Shown: positions 51,511 to 60,639 of the stretch, piece by piece
Numbering within the stretch: the stretch's first letter is position 1
Layout: each line of letters begins with the position of its first letter
NCBI GenBank assembly: GCA_963738405.1
Contig: CAVTWJ010000002.1
Coordinates: 128,001-192,000, forward strand
Direction of reading: 5' to 3'
DNA: 64,000 nucleotides
Origin: a candidate division FCPU426 bacterium
GTDB taxonomy: Bacteria; Oederibacteriota; Muellerivitia; Muellerivitales; Muellerivitaceae
Translations under genes and position numbers: made by a program
The notes under the pieces: model-generated
The model's input: the letters and a program-made list of their open reading frames with translations, nothing else
Told to the model about the DNA's origin: nothing
Databases searched by the model: none

Positions 51511-51556
51511 GACTGCCTCCTTAAATTTTGAATGCTCCCCAACCCTTGGAAACTTC

Positions 51557-51724
51557 TTATGCCGCCCGGTGAAAGGGCCTCCCCTTGCGGCTTTCCTGAA
51601 TAGTGGCCACCCGGCGCACCATGTTGTCGCGGGTGTGAACCAGCCTTTGAATCTCCTCCAAACCCCGTTCGGGATTCGGCCTTTCCACTTCGATCAGGTT
51701 TTGAATCGCGCTTCCGGTTTTCAT
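51557..51724 (-). CDS. 55-aa small protein leading the efflux operon (not in ORF track)
   Basis: AGGAGG RBS then MKTGSAIQNLIEVERPNPERGLEEIQRLVHTRDNMVRRVATIQESRKGRPFHRAA. Confidence 0.55.
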   Translation of the reverse strand: MKTGSAIQNLIEVERPNPERGLEEIQRLVHTRDNMVRRVATIQESRKGRPFHRAA

Positions 51725-51782
51725 GGCGTCCTCCTAAAGACTCGTTAAGGGTTATTTTCCCGGTGCGCCGGGCCTTTTAAAC

Positions 51783-51802
51783 TATCTACCTATTGGTAGA
51801 TA
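51783..51802. promoter_or_regulatory. TetR operator upstream of efflux operon
   Basis: TATCTACC-TATT-GGTAGATA next to a minus-strand TTGACC -35. Confidence 0.8.
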
Positions 51803-51839
51803 TTGAGGTCAAAAAAAATGATGAATCGGTTTTGGATTC

Positions 51840-51954
51840 GTCATTGCGAAGCCCAGCCCCAATCGGGGCGTTTTGGGCTGTGGCAATCTCAGTTTAAAAA
51901 CCTGGGATTCCCACGTCGCCACCCAAGCCTATCGGCTTGGCTCCTCGGAATGAC
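51840..51954. repeat. REP/RPE-like palindromic element
   Basis: GTCATTGCGA...GGCAATCTC...GGGATTCC...CGGAATGAC architecture with internal hairpins. Confidence 0.7.
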
Positions 51955-51980
51955 AGCTACCCCCCCATTAATTATTCTTC

Positions 51981-52574
51981 TTACTTCTTCAAGGCCTCCA
52001 AAATTTGGCCCGTTACCTTTTTAAAGTAATCGGGGTTGCTCTGCGCCCGGCTGATCTGCAACGCCCCCTGGATGGAGGAATAAATAAACTGCGCCTGGTC
52101 TCCCGCCTCTCCTTGAAGGGTAAATACCCCTTCCTGCCTTCCCCTTTCCAACAGGGCCTTCAGCCAGTCCTGGTGGCGCTTCATCACCCGCCCCGCCGCG
52201 TCCTGAATTTTCTTAGGGAGAGACGCCCATTCGGATGCCAGCGCCCCGATGGGGCAAATGCGGGTACAGTTTTCGGAAATGCGGGTGAAGTAGCCGAAGT
52301 AGGCCAGCATTTGATCTACCGGCGGCAGGTTTTGTTCTTTCATCATTTCCTGCCAGGTGTCGATGCGCTTCAGGCTGTCGTTAAGCAGGCCCACCCCCAG
52401 GTCTTCCTTGGTGGGAAAGTGGTAGTGAATGCTGGCCTTGCGGATCTTGAGGCGTTCCGCCAGGTCCTGGTAGCTGAAGGCGTTGTAGCCCCGGGTTTGG
52501 ATCAGTTCCAGCGCCACCTGTTTTAGATCGGCGCTGGTATCTTTGGTGTTGGCTAAGGTTGGGCGGCCCATCAA
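51981..52574 (-). CDS. TetR/AcrR family regulator
   Basis: GYNAFSYQDLA...KASIHYHFPTKEDL. Confidence 0.93.
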   Translation of the reverse strand: MMGRPTLANTKDTSADLKQVALELIQTRGYNAFSYQDLAERLKIRKASIHYHFPTKEDLGVGLLNDSLKRIDTWQEMMKEQNLPPVDQMLAYFGYFTRISENCTRICPIGALASEWASLPKKIQDAAGRVMKRHQDWLKALLERGRQEGVFTLQGEAGDQAQFIYSSIQGALQISRAQSNPDYFKKVTGQILEALKK

Positions 52575-52592
52575 GCACCTCGAAAAGCTTTA

Positions 52593-52638
52593 TATCTACC
52601 TACGAGTAGATATTACCTACCTAATGGTAGATAGTCAA
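52593..52638 (-). promoter_or_regulatory. tetR promoter with two autoregulatory operators
   Basis: TTGACT-N17-TAATAT overlapped by TATCTACCTACGAGTAGATA and TACCTACCTAATGGTAGATA. Confidence 0.78.
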
Positions 52639-52756
52639 GTGCCTTTTATTATTTTTTCTATAGGTGCCCTTGAACTCGAAATGTCATCTCGAGGCCTTAT
52701 TAAAGGGTTTTTCCTACTTGAGCCAGACCCCTTTTCGCTTTCGATCGGATGAAGGA

Positions 52757-53569
52757 TCAATAACCCGTCTGCGTGAAAAGGCCGTTAGCCCCCGTGGAAT
52801 TGGTGCCGCTGCCCGTGGCCCCGCTCAGGTTGGTCGTACCGGTGAAGTAATAGCCCGAATGGACCGACAGGGTAATCAGGCCTCCCCCTCCGCCCCCAGT
52901 GTTGGGGGTGAGGGAGCCTCCGCCGGCCGCATCCAAGGTTCCGGTGCCGAATAGGGTATTGGCTTTAATGTAAAGGGCGCCGCCCGCCCCGCCGCCCGAG
53001 GACGCGCCTTCGCCCTCCAACTGGATCAAGCCGTTCAAAGTCGCGCTCACCGCGGTGATCATCAGCAAGGCGCCGCCGGCCCCGGAAGTGGACGAACTGC
53101 CCCCCCCACTGCCCATCAGTGTGGGCCCCGCCGAATCGTCGTTGGCAGGGCCTGCCGCCGCCAATCCGCCCACGCCGCCCGCGCCCCCATGCCCGCCGCC
53201 ACCGACGTTGGCGAAAGAAACACCGCCCGCCCCGGGCCCCAGGCCGGGCCCGTAACCCGCGCCGGTGCCAATCACGGAGGCCCCGGCGTCCATCACAAAA
53301 TCCCCGGTCAGGTTCATGGTAATCGCCGCGCCCGTGACCGCCCCGCTGGGCCCCATCAAGTAAAGCAACCCTGTATTGTAGATGTGGACGTTGCCGTAAT
53401 TGTACGAACCCGCGGTAAGGGTGGTGGCGGCGGTGATATTCAAATCGGAGTAAGAGGGGGAACTGGAAGAGGAGGAGGAAGTGGGTGAACTACTATTACC
53501 GCAGGCCAGGTGGCCCAGAAGCATACCGCAAAGAAGTAACAGCCCTAATATCTTATAAAGTTTCATCAT
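52757..53569 (-). CDS. Glycine-rich lipoprotein
   Basis: Lipobox HLAC, Ser linker, GGGHGGAGG/GSGGG/GGAGG repeats. Confidence 0.78.
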   Translation of the reverse strand: MMKLYKILGLLLLCGMLLGHLACGNSSSPTSSSSSSSPSYSDLNITAATTLTAGSYNYGNVHIYNTGLLYLMGPSGAVTGAAITMNLTGDFVMDAGASVIGTGAGYGPGLGPGAGGVSFANVGGGGHGGAGGVGGLAAAGPANDDSAGPTLMGSGGGSSSTSGAGGALLMITAVSATLNGLIQLEGEGASSGGGAGGALYIKANTLFGTGTLDAAGGGSLTPNTGGGGGGLITLSVHSGYYFTGTTNLSGATGSGTNSTGANGLFTQTGY

Positions 53570-53717
53570 CGCTCCCCTTTTGATGATTTGATCGTTTGAA
53601 ATTCTATGGGAGTTTCGGGCTAAAAAGCCATACGGAAAAAGCCGGGCTCAAACCTTTTTTTGATTGAAAAATGGGTAAGTCTTTAACCGAGAAGCAGAAA
53701 ACTCTAATGGTCGATTC

Positions 53718-53778
53718 GATGTTCAGCCAGAAGGATGACTAGAAAACCCATTTCGTAAAAGTTACCTTAGGCCCATAA
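53718..53778 (+). repeat. GH94-like C-terminal fragment, copy A (truncated)
   Basis: GAAGGATGACTAGAAAACCCATTTCGTAAAAGTTACCTTAGG matches the 3' part of copies B-D. Confidence 0.75.
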
Positions 53779-53821
53779 AGGTTCTTTTATAGAAAGTTAG
53801 ATTTTGTTCCTGCCAACTTGG

Positions 53822-54119
53822 CTATTTTCGCCCTTTCCAATAACCAGGCTTTCTCGAAAGGTGCATGACGGCCAAAATATAAATTCTTTCAGGATCGTTC
53901 TTAATAAACAACCGCGAATGGGAAGTAACGCAACAGGCAGCGTCGTATCTGCTTGTAAACCAGGGGAGATCCGGAATCCGGGTGATCAACGATTTGACGG
54001 AAATTTTTTTCAATCTCGAAAAGAAAACGAAAACCAAGACCCTTACTTTTAGATTCGTAGTATTTCGCTGAGAATTCAAGTTCCAACTCAGCTTCAGGAT
54101 GGAATGTTAGGTGTTTCAC
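53822..54119 (-). pseudogene. ParE/RelE-family toxin, frameshifted
   Basis: FHPEAELEL...YY...LG..F...FPFAVVY* continues in another frame as KNDPERIYILAVMHLSRKPGYW. Confidence 0.85.
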
Positions 54120-54346
54120 TTCAACTTAGCGCGGATGTCCCGCAAAACCCTCCCTGCGGGTTTGCCCTGAATTTTACCCGAGGCCATGGCTTCGTAGCGC
54201 TTGATGGATTCTTGGGCCCATCGTTTCTCATTTTTGGAATGGCCGTCTTCCTCAAGGCTATAAATAAGTTGTTCTGCCAATTGGGCGCGGGACTTGGCGG
54301 GTAGTTTTAGGGCTTCAGAAGCTATATCCATCTTAATTTTCGCCAT
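54116..54346 (-). CDS. Addiction-module antitoxin
   Basis: ALKLPAKSRAQLAEQLIYSL...W..E..KR; GTGA overlap with toxin; GGAGG RBS. Confidence 0.85.
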   Translation of the reverse strand: MAKIKMDIASEALKLPAKSRAQLAEQLIYSLEEDGHSKNEKRWAQESIKRYEAMASGKIQGKPAGRVLRDIRAKLK

Positions 54347-54436
54347 GTTTTCCTCCAGAATTGAATGCCCAATTATAAGGGGATTTTGGGCGGAAAAAGG
54401 GCCAGGCAGGCACCATTTATCACAGCAATTAATGTC

Positions 54437-54571
54437 GAAAACCCGAATTACGTTTCCAAAGGCGTTCAACGGATTTATTTAGATGGCGTGGTTGTTCAAA
54501 CAAAAGACGCGATGATCGAATTGAAGGATGACCCGAAAACCCATTTCGTGAACGTCATTTTGGGCCAGTAA
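54437..54571 (+). repeat. GH94-like C-terminal fragment, copy B
   Basis: Encodes ENPNYVSKGVQRIYLDG...IELKDDPKTHFVNVILGQ*. Confidence 0.8.
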
Positions 54572-54713
54572 AGCCCTTGGCTTACAAAGTGTTTAATGGT
54601 CCCTGCTCCACGCTGCGAAGCGTGGAGCCTGATCCGAACAGAAACCCCCGCCTTTTAATCACAAATACGAAATTCCGTTATGGGCGCACCAGTGATAAAT
54701 TGGTCCCGCCAAT

Positions 54714-56735
54714 ATGAAAAACATGATTTCTTCAAACCTATTCTATTTAACACGCCGTGCTCTTTGGGTCCTTTTGACCTGTTTCTGGCCCCTTGCTTCC
54801 TGGGCACTTAGTCCCATGTACAGTTATAACGATTTGGTCGCCGGTGAAGGCTCTCCGGGCCACCGGGATGGGGCCTTTTACGATGCTCAATTCAACGGAC
54901 CCTTGGGATTGGCCATCAATCCAGATGCCTCACAACTTTATGTGGCGGACCAGGGCAACAATTGCATCAGGGTCATCGATATCGGAAACGCAAACCATGT
55001 GTCCACCCTCGCGGGGGATGAAAAGCCGGGGTTCAAAGATGGGCCCTTTTCGGCGGCGCGTTTTAGGCAACCTTCGACCCTGGTCTACCTGCCTTCCGGG
55101 AAAATCGTAATCAACGACTCAGGGAACCATTGTTTTCGCCTGGTGGATTTAACCACAAAGAAAGTGTCCACCCTGGCCGCTTACGGGAAACGGGAAAATC
55201 AACCGGCAGGATTACTCGCGGACCCAATGGATTCGGTTTGGAGCATGGTTTATCTACCGGCCCGAAATGCCGTCTATTTTTCCCAACCCATGAAAGGAAC
55301 ATTGAGCCGTCTTGATACAGGATCGGGTCAAATTTCCACGGTGCTTGAAAATGATCCATACATTCCCCGCCCTTCCGCCTTAGCGGCTCATCAGGACAAG
55401 CTTTATGTCGCGGGCGAATTCCAAAACATGGTTTACGAACTAAAGGCGAAAAAATCCTTTCCAAAAGAAGACCGTGAGTCCTTCAATTGGCAGCCCTGCG
55501 GCATCGTTCACGGAGCCCAAGGGATGGCCTACTCGGGTAAAAACCTGTACGCCCTACAATTCTCCCCGCAAAATCCATTGATCCGTGTTTTTCCTGCCAC
55601 TCAATCGGTGACCTTTGTGACCGTTTGGGGGGATCAAGTTTCACATCCTATCGCCTCACCTTATTTTCCCGACAGCATGGCTTTGACGCCTATTCAGCTT
55701 GTGGCGGATCCCCTCGCAGAGAAAAAATTGTATGTCCCCCAGCCTTCGCTCAATTTCGTGAGTTCAATCCGGGAACTCTGGGTATCCGCCACCAAAGATT
55801 CAACCCAATATGCGCCCAACGGCTTGGTGGATTATGACTATCCCGAAACCAAACCGCCAAAAACATACCGCATCCTCATGGTTGGGGATTCCCATACTTT
55901 CTTTATTCTGAAAGATCCAAGTGAAAAGGAAGAACACCCCTATAACCGCATGTTGACCTTGCCCAAAAGGCTGGAGTTGGTCTTGAATACCATGGCGGCT
56001 TTGAATGACGCATCCACGCATTACGAAGTTCTACTTGCCGGGCGGCTATCCTGGGATCCCTTGAATCTTTGGCCCTATTATTCGGTGCCTTCCTTAGTAC
56101 AAAAATTCAATATTGACCTGGTTCTTTACCTTCCCGCGGCCGATTACACCCAATTCGCTTGGGGTGCTTATTTCGAAAGACCTCTTACAGGTTTAGGAAT
56201 TCCCGCAGGAAATTTGGACCCGGAATATAGCTTAAAACCATGGAAGGAACGAATTCCCACGGGAACCCCCAAAAAGTTATTCAATCTTTGCAAAGCCCAA
56301 AAGTTGATAACCTTCGCCACGAATGGCCATTTTCAATTCGTGGATGAGCACGAAATGATGAAGGATTCCGCCATCCGCAACTGCATGGTGGAACTTTACT
56401 GTAAGCCGATTAAATTATTAAAATTACGGTTGGAAACTTTGAAAAATTCCCAGGGCCGACCCGTAAGGTTTGAAATGGGGCTGCTTCCCAGCCTCACCTT
56501 AACCCCTTCCGAATCAGAAAATCTTTTTTGGAAAGAAGTCCAGGCAAAAACCGGCATACCTACGATCGACTTCACCCACCATGTGAAGGCATTGGCTGAA
56601 AGTTTTAGCACCTTCGCGGAATCCGATGGGAATGGGCATTACACCCCGGATCAGCACCTCTTTTTAAGTCTCGTCCTTGCTAGCGAATTGATCCATCAAA
56701 AGATCATTCCCTTTACTCCATCGGCAGGAAAGTAA
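54714..56735 (+). CDS. Secreted NHL-repeat protein with C-terminal SGNH-like domain
   Basis: FNGPLGLA...LYVADQGNNCIR NHL repeats; ILMVGDSH and DGNGH motifs. Confidence 0.75.
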   Translation: MKNMISSNLFYLTRRALWVLLTCFWPLASWALSPMYSYNDLVAGEGSPGHRDGAFYDAQFNGPLGLAINPDASQLYVADQGNNCIRVIDIGNANHVSTLAGDEKPGFKDGPFSAARFRQPSTLVYLPSGKIVINDSGNHCFRLVDLTTKKVSTLAAYGKRENQPAGLLADPMDSVWSMVYLPARNAVYFSQPMKGTLSRLDTGSGQISTVLENDPYIPRPSALAAHQDKLYVAGEFQNMVYELKAKKSFPKEDRESFNWQPCGIVHGAQGMAYSGKNLYALQFSPQNPLIRVFPATQSVTFVTVWGDQVSHPIASPYFPDSMALTPIQLVADPLAEKKLYVPQPSLNFVSSIRELWVSATKDSTQYAPNGLVDYDYPETKPPKTYRILMVGDSHTFFILKDPSEKEEHPYNRMLTLPKRLELVLNTMAALNDASTHYEVLLAGRLSWDPLNLWPYYSVPSLVQKFNIDLVLYLPAADYTQFAWGAYFERPLTGLGIPAGNLDPEYSLKPWKERIPTGTPKKLFNLCKAQKLITFATNGHFQFVDEHEMMKDSAIRNCMVELYCKPIKLLKLRLETLKNSQGRPVRFEMGLLPSLTLTPSESENLFWKEVQAKTGIPTIDFTHHVKALAESFSTFAESDGNGHYTPDQHLFLSLVLASELIHQKIIPFTPSAGK

Positions 56736-56766
56736 TAGCGGAAGTCTCATTTCTGAGTTTTCTATT

Positions 56767-56902
56767 CAAAAACCCGAATCACGTTTCCAAAGGCGTTCAA
56801 CGGATTAAATGTGATGGGGCGGTTGTTCAGACGAGGGATGCGACGATTGAATGGAAGGATGACTCAAAAACCCATTTCGTGAAAGTTATTTTAGGTGATT
56901 AA
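56767..56902 (+). repeat. GH94-like C-terminal fragment, copy C
   Basis: AAACCCGAATCACGTTTCCAAAGGCGTTCAACGGATT...GAAGGATGAC...ACCCATTTCGTGAA. Confidence 0.8.
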
Positions 56903-56955
56903 ACTTTGAATTTTTATCATTAAGACCTAACCTTCCACACCCTAACTTTTAAATA

Positions 56956-57771
56956 CTAACTTTGACCGCCATTTCGGCTAATAGCGTATTCGCGCAAAAT
57001 CCGCTCGTACTTTTCAATGGAATGGTCGGCGATCAGGCTCAACCAGCTGAACGGATTGAGGTAGGCTCTCCATCGATGGTAGACGGCTTCGCTTCCCTCG
57101 CAAAGCTTGTTGTCATCGGACAGATACCGAACATCCCCATAGGCGCGGTATCCCATGAACAAAAAGGGTACTCCTGGAACGATGTCCACGTGGTGGAAAC
57201 AGCGGTAGACGGGCACCTTGAAAATTCGATCGACGAACGAATCATTTCCAACGCGGGGACAGCCATAGTTGTAGCAGGCGGCCAGTTTTTGCCGGTCGCT
57301 CAGGAAGATGGAAGCCAAAAGGGACAAGGCCCCGCCCAAACTATGCCCCGTCACATAAACCGGGACTTTTATTTTTCGCAAAGCCGGCGCGATCTGCTCG
57401 GCTAATTCCTTGTATGCGTCCAAAAAGCCTTGGTGAACCTCGCCGTACCGGGTCTGGACGAGCCAGAAATTCAAATCGGTCTCGACCGTCCCCCATTCTT
57501 TGGGCACCGTCCCCTTGAAAGCCAAAACCGCGAAGGTTTTATGGACGGCCAGATAGGCGGAATTATTGCTCTTCTTGCAGATGAATTGATTTTTGAGGGT
57601 CAACCCAAAGGCGGCAAGCTCGGTTTTCAATTGGGGCACTTGTTGATCAAGATAAGCCAGCCTGGAACAGCCGGCCAAGATCCAAGCCGTTCGGTCCGAA
57701 TAGCCGTTCCGGTCCACCGGAGGTTGTATCAGATTTTCATTGGTTTTTTTCGGAACCTTCAAGCTTTCCAT
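56956..57771 (-). CDS. Lipase, class 3
   Basis: AFKGT, VHQGF, TGHSLGG, YGCPRVGN, DIVP, DH. Confidence 0.9.
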   Translation of the reverse strand: MESLKVPKKTNENLIQPPVDRNGYSDRTAWILAGCSRLAYLDQQVPQLKTELAAFGLTLKNQFICKKSNNSAYLAVHKTFAVLAFKGTVPKEWGTVETDLNFWLVQTRYGEVHQGFLDAYKELAEQIAPALRKIKVPVYVTGHSLGGALSLLASIFLSDRQKLAACYNYGCPRVGNDSFVDRIFKVPVYRCFHHVDIVPGVPFLFMGYRAYGDVRYLSDDNKLCEGSEAVYHRWRAYLNPFSWLSLIADHSIEKYERILREYAISRNGGQS

Positions 57772-57796
57772 TTCACGTACCCCTTTTCCAAGTTTC

Positions 57797-58315
57797 CTAA
57801 CTGATCGGCCCGCCTCTTAACAGAGGGGCCTTCGTGACAGCGGCGGGCGAGGCGGCTTTCGGACGGCTATCCATTGAAACATCGGCCCCGCCCGCAGCCG
57901 CGCCATCCCCGGCGGCAGAGGCCACCGCCGCCGCTTTCATCTGGGCGGCCGTTTGTTTGGATGCGATATCCACACTGATGATGTCTTTCGTAATCCCCAA
58001 ATAACCCTGGACCAGCTTGATGGCCCCCTTGCTGCCGCCCGCGACCAGGAGCCCCGTAAGGAACGTGCTGAAAAGGTTTGATTTCTGGGCCAGAATCGCC
58101 GAAAAGGCGTCGAAATCAGCCCAATAGCAGATCACCAATGCAAAAGCCAAGGCGACCACTTCTTTCACGGCCGGATGGACCTTGTCGAACCGTTCGTACA
58201 GGTCCGATTCAAAGATAAAAGCCAGCGACCGTTCCACCATGAAAGCCAGCAAGACCACCAGGCCGATGACTTCCCCCACCTTCGTGTAATCAACCGGAAT
58301 GAGATTCGGATTCAT
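57797..58315 (-). CDS. Hypothetical membrane protein (3 TM)
   Basis: LAFMVER...LTGLLVAGGS. Confidence 0.7.
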   Translation of the reverse strand: MNPNLIPVDYTKVGEVIGLVVLLAFMVERSLAFIFESDLYERFDKVHPAVKEVVALAFALVICYWADFDAFSAILAQKSNLFSTFLTGLLVAGGSKGAIKLVQGYLGITKDIISVDIASKQTAAQMKAAAVASAAGDGAAAGGADVSMDSRPKAASPAAVTKAPLLRGGPIS

Positions 58316-58329
58316 ACGTTTCAGCCCCC

Positions 58330-59931
58330 TTAATCGGCGATTCCCAATTTTTTCATCAAGTCGTTCGAGAAGAAATCCATTAAACGCGGGTCCCCCCCGA
58401 ATAATTTCTTTCGTTGGGCCTTCCAGACGGCCACATTGTCCCGGGCGCCGTCCTTATAAAGTTCCACCAGTTTCGCGCCGTCCAGTTTGAAATTAAACGC
58501 GTCCACCGGATAGCCGTATTTGGTCTCCTCCGGCCCCACGGGCAGGTATTTGCCCCAATGGAAGGTGAACTGAATCTTGTTCGTCTCAAATTCCACCAGG
58601 GCGTCGTTGATGTATTTCAGCACCCGGTCGCACCCCAGGCCGGCGATCTCAAAAACGCAGGTGCGGTCGAACCGTTGAAAGGCCAGAACCCCCTTCACCT
58701 TCGGCACGTAGCGCATCTCGTACCAAACAGGAATATTGGCGTTATTCAGCGTTTGGCAAATCCGCATGGCCTGGAAGCAATTTTTCATGTCCATTCCGAT
58801 AGAGCAGACGATCGACCCCGGGCCCACGTTGGTGATATAGGGGTTCTGGTCCACCAGGGTTCCGGTTTGGTTATTGATGGGGGGGTAATGGTTCGCGAAG
58901 AAGGTATTCACGATGGGGCCCACCAGCATCGGCGCCACACCCGTCAGCTGGGCCATGGTCGTGACCAGTTCCTCGCCCGAAGGGTCCAGGGCGTTTTGAA
59001 TCGGGTTATTGTTCAGTTTGGTCTTGTGCATGACGGTGACGACCGCCGTCTTGGTTTTGTCATCCGCGTAGATGTTGTTCATGACCTCGAAATGGTAAAG
59101 GGTCTCCGGGGTGGCGCCCTTAAGGTCAATGCCCGTGAAGTCGAATTCGGTCATGGCTTTTTCGAGGGAATTCAAATCCGCGTAGTAACGGGAAGCGTCC
59201 AGGTAAAAGGAGTCGGTGGCTTCCACCAGGGTTCCGTGGATAACGCCGAAGCCCCCCAAATGGTTGAGGGCTGAATAAAAAAGGTCGTCGTCCAATAAAA
59301 AATCCTCTTTTTTGATTCCCAGCTTGTTGACGAATAGGTCGGTCACGATGGGATTGCTTTGGAGGCCCAGCCAAACGTGCCGGTCGGGGCCCACGATCAC
59401 ATGAAGGCCCCTCACCGCGTCCTGCAGGGCGCCCATCCCCACTCCCCCGCCGTTGAAAGCGGAACCGTGGGTCCCGGTGGTAAAGGCCCCGACGAAGGAT
59501 TGGCCGCAGCTGGAACCGGAGACCGGAAGGGTTTTATTAAGCTGGGCCAGGGCCATCTGGGCGTCGTGGATGGACATGCCGCATTGGAAAAAGAAAAAGT
59601 TTTCGCTCTTGTTGCCGGGAAGGACATAGGGGGGATCCAGGTAGAACCAGGTTTTTAGGTACTGGGAGGCCAGCATGTAGCCCTCCGTGGCGGCGACCTT
59701 GGAGAAAGACCATCCCGCCCCCAAAACCCGGCCCCGGGCGCCCTGGGCGATCAAGTCTTTGATGAGGCCCTGAATCTCGGAAGTCTGGGTCAGGTAATCC
59801 GACAAGGTCTTGCTGGTGTCGAAGGGATTCGGGTTGTGGAGTTCGTACATGCCCTTGATGGCCTGCGTAAAAACCCAATGGGCATTGGTCCAGGACGTTA
59901 TTTGCTTTTTAAAATAATCGGTAATGGGCAC
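58330..59931 (-). CDS. FAD-linked oxidase (VAO/ALO-like)
   Basis: GAGWSFS, GAFTTGTHGS, LGGFGVI, C-terminal HWGK. Confidence 0.82.
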   Translation of the reverse strand: MPITDYFKKQITSWTNAHWVFTQAIKGMYELHNPNPFDTSKTLSDYLTQTSEIQGLIKDLIAQGARGRVLGAGWSFSKVAATEGYMLASQYLKTWFYLDPPYVLPGNKSENFFFFQCGMSIHDAQMALAQLNKTLPVSGSSCGQSFVGAFTTGTHGSAFNGGGVGMGALQDAVRGLHVIVGPDRHVWLGLQSNPIVTDLFVNKLGIKKEDFLLDDDLFYSALNHLGGFGVIHGTLVEATDSFYLDASRYYADLNSLEKAMTEFDFTGIDLKGATPETLYHFEVMNNIYADDKTKTAVVTVMHKTKLNNNPIQNALDPSGEELVTTMAQLTGVAPMLVGPIVNTFFANHYPPINNQTGTLVDQNPYITNVGPGSIVCSIGMDMKNCFQAMRICQTLNNANIPVWYEMRYVPKVKGVLAFQRFDRTCVFEIAGLGCDRVLKYINDALVEFETNKIQFTFHWGKYLPVGPEETKYGYPVDAFNFKLDGAKLVELYKDGARDNVAVWKAQRKKLFGGDPRLMDFFSNDLMKKLGIAD

Positions 59932-59977
59932 ATCGCACCTCTTAAAGCTTTTTGATGGTTTTCAGACCCTTTGCGCT

Positions 59978-60361
59978 TTATTGCCCGCTTTTTCCCGCCG
60001 GGCTTCCCAACCCGCCCCCCCGAATGGGGGCCGCGTGGCAGGTCCATTCCACGCTCATGGGGGTGGCAATCCCCAAGGTGACGATGGAACAGAGGGTTTG
60101 CCAAAAATCACGCGTGATCGTCACATCCTGCATTCCGCCCTCGGTGCAATCGGTAACCTGCAGTCCCCCGTCATTCAGGTTTCCCCACAAAAAACTCCAG
60201 GTGGTGGTCTTGCCGTCCCAGGTGGTCACAGGTGTGCTTTGCTTCAGGGAAGGGTCGTTGTTGACGGGAACTTGAACGTGGAATTCGGCGCAGGAGGTAA
60301 ACAAAAGGATGAACATCAGGAGGATTGGAAGTCGCAAAAACAGATTGGGATATTTTTTCAT
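59978..60361 (-). CDS. Bor/Iss-like lipoprotein
   Basis: Lipobox FTSC; SFLWG...C...TLGIATP..VEWTC. Confidence 0.75.
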   Translation of the reverse strand: MKKYPNLFLRLPILLMFILLFTSCAEFHVQVPVNNDPSLKQSTPVTTWDGKTTTWSFLWGNLNDGGLQVTDCTEGGMQDVTITRDFWQTLCSIVTLGIATPMSVEWTCHAAPIRGGGLGSPAGKSGQ

Positions 60362-60487
60362 GGGCTCCCCTTCAAATGTTTAAATCGCAAAAGCAAAATG
60401 ACAAATTACCCGACAGGTTTCAAATCAATTCAATGTTAAGTTTGTGAATTTTCTAAAACTGCACAAAGAATGGCCGGGATTCAATTC

Positions 60488-60616
60488 GAAAACCCGAATC
60501 ACGTTTCCAAAGGTGTTCAACAGATTGAATGTGATGGGGTAGTTGTTTAGAAGAAGGAAGCGATGATTGAATTGAAGGATGATCTGAAGACCCATTTAGT
60601 GAAGGTTAACCTAGTG
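60488..60616 (+). repeat. GH94-like C-terminal fragment, copy D (internal stop)
   Basis: GAAAACCCGAATCACGTTTCCAAAGGTGTTCAAC...GAAGGATGAT...ACCCATTTAGTGAA. Confidence 0.8.
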
Positions 60617-60639
60617 CCACAAACTTATTTTTCCAAAAA

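Noticed and set aside
54365..54571. 68-aa ORF as an independent gene
   Set aside because: Only the repeated C-terminal gene fragment, with a fortuitous start
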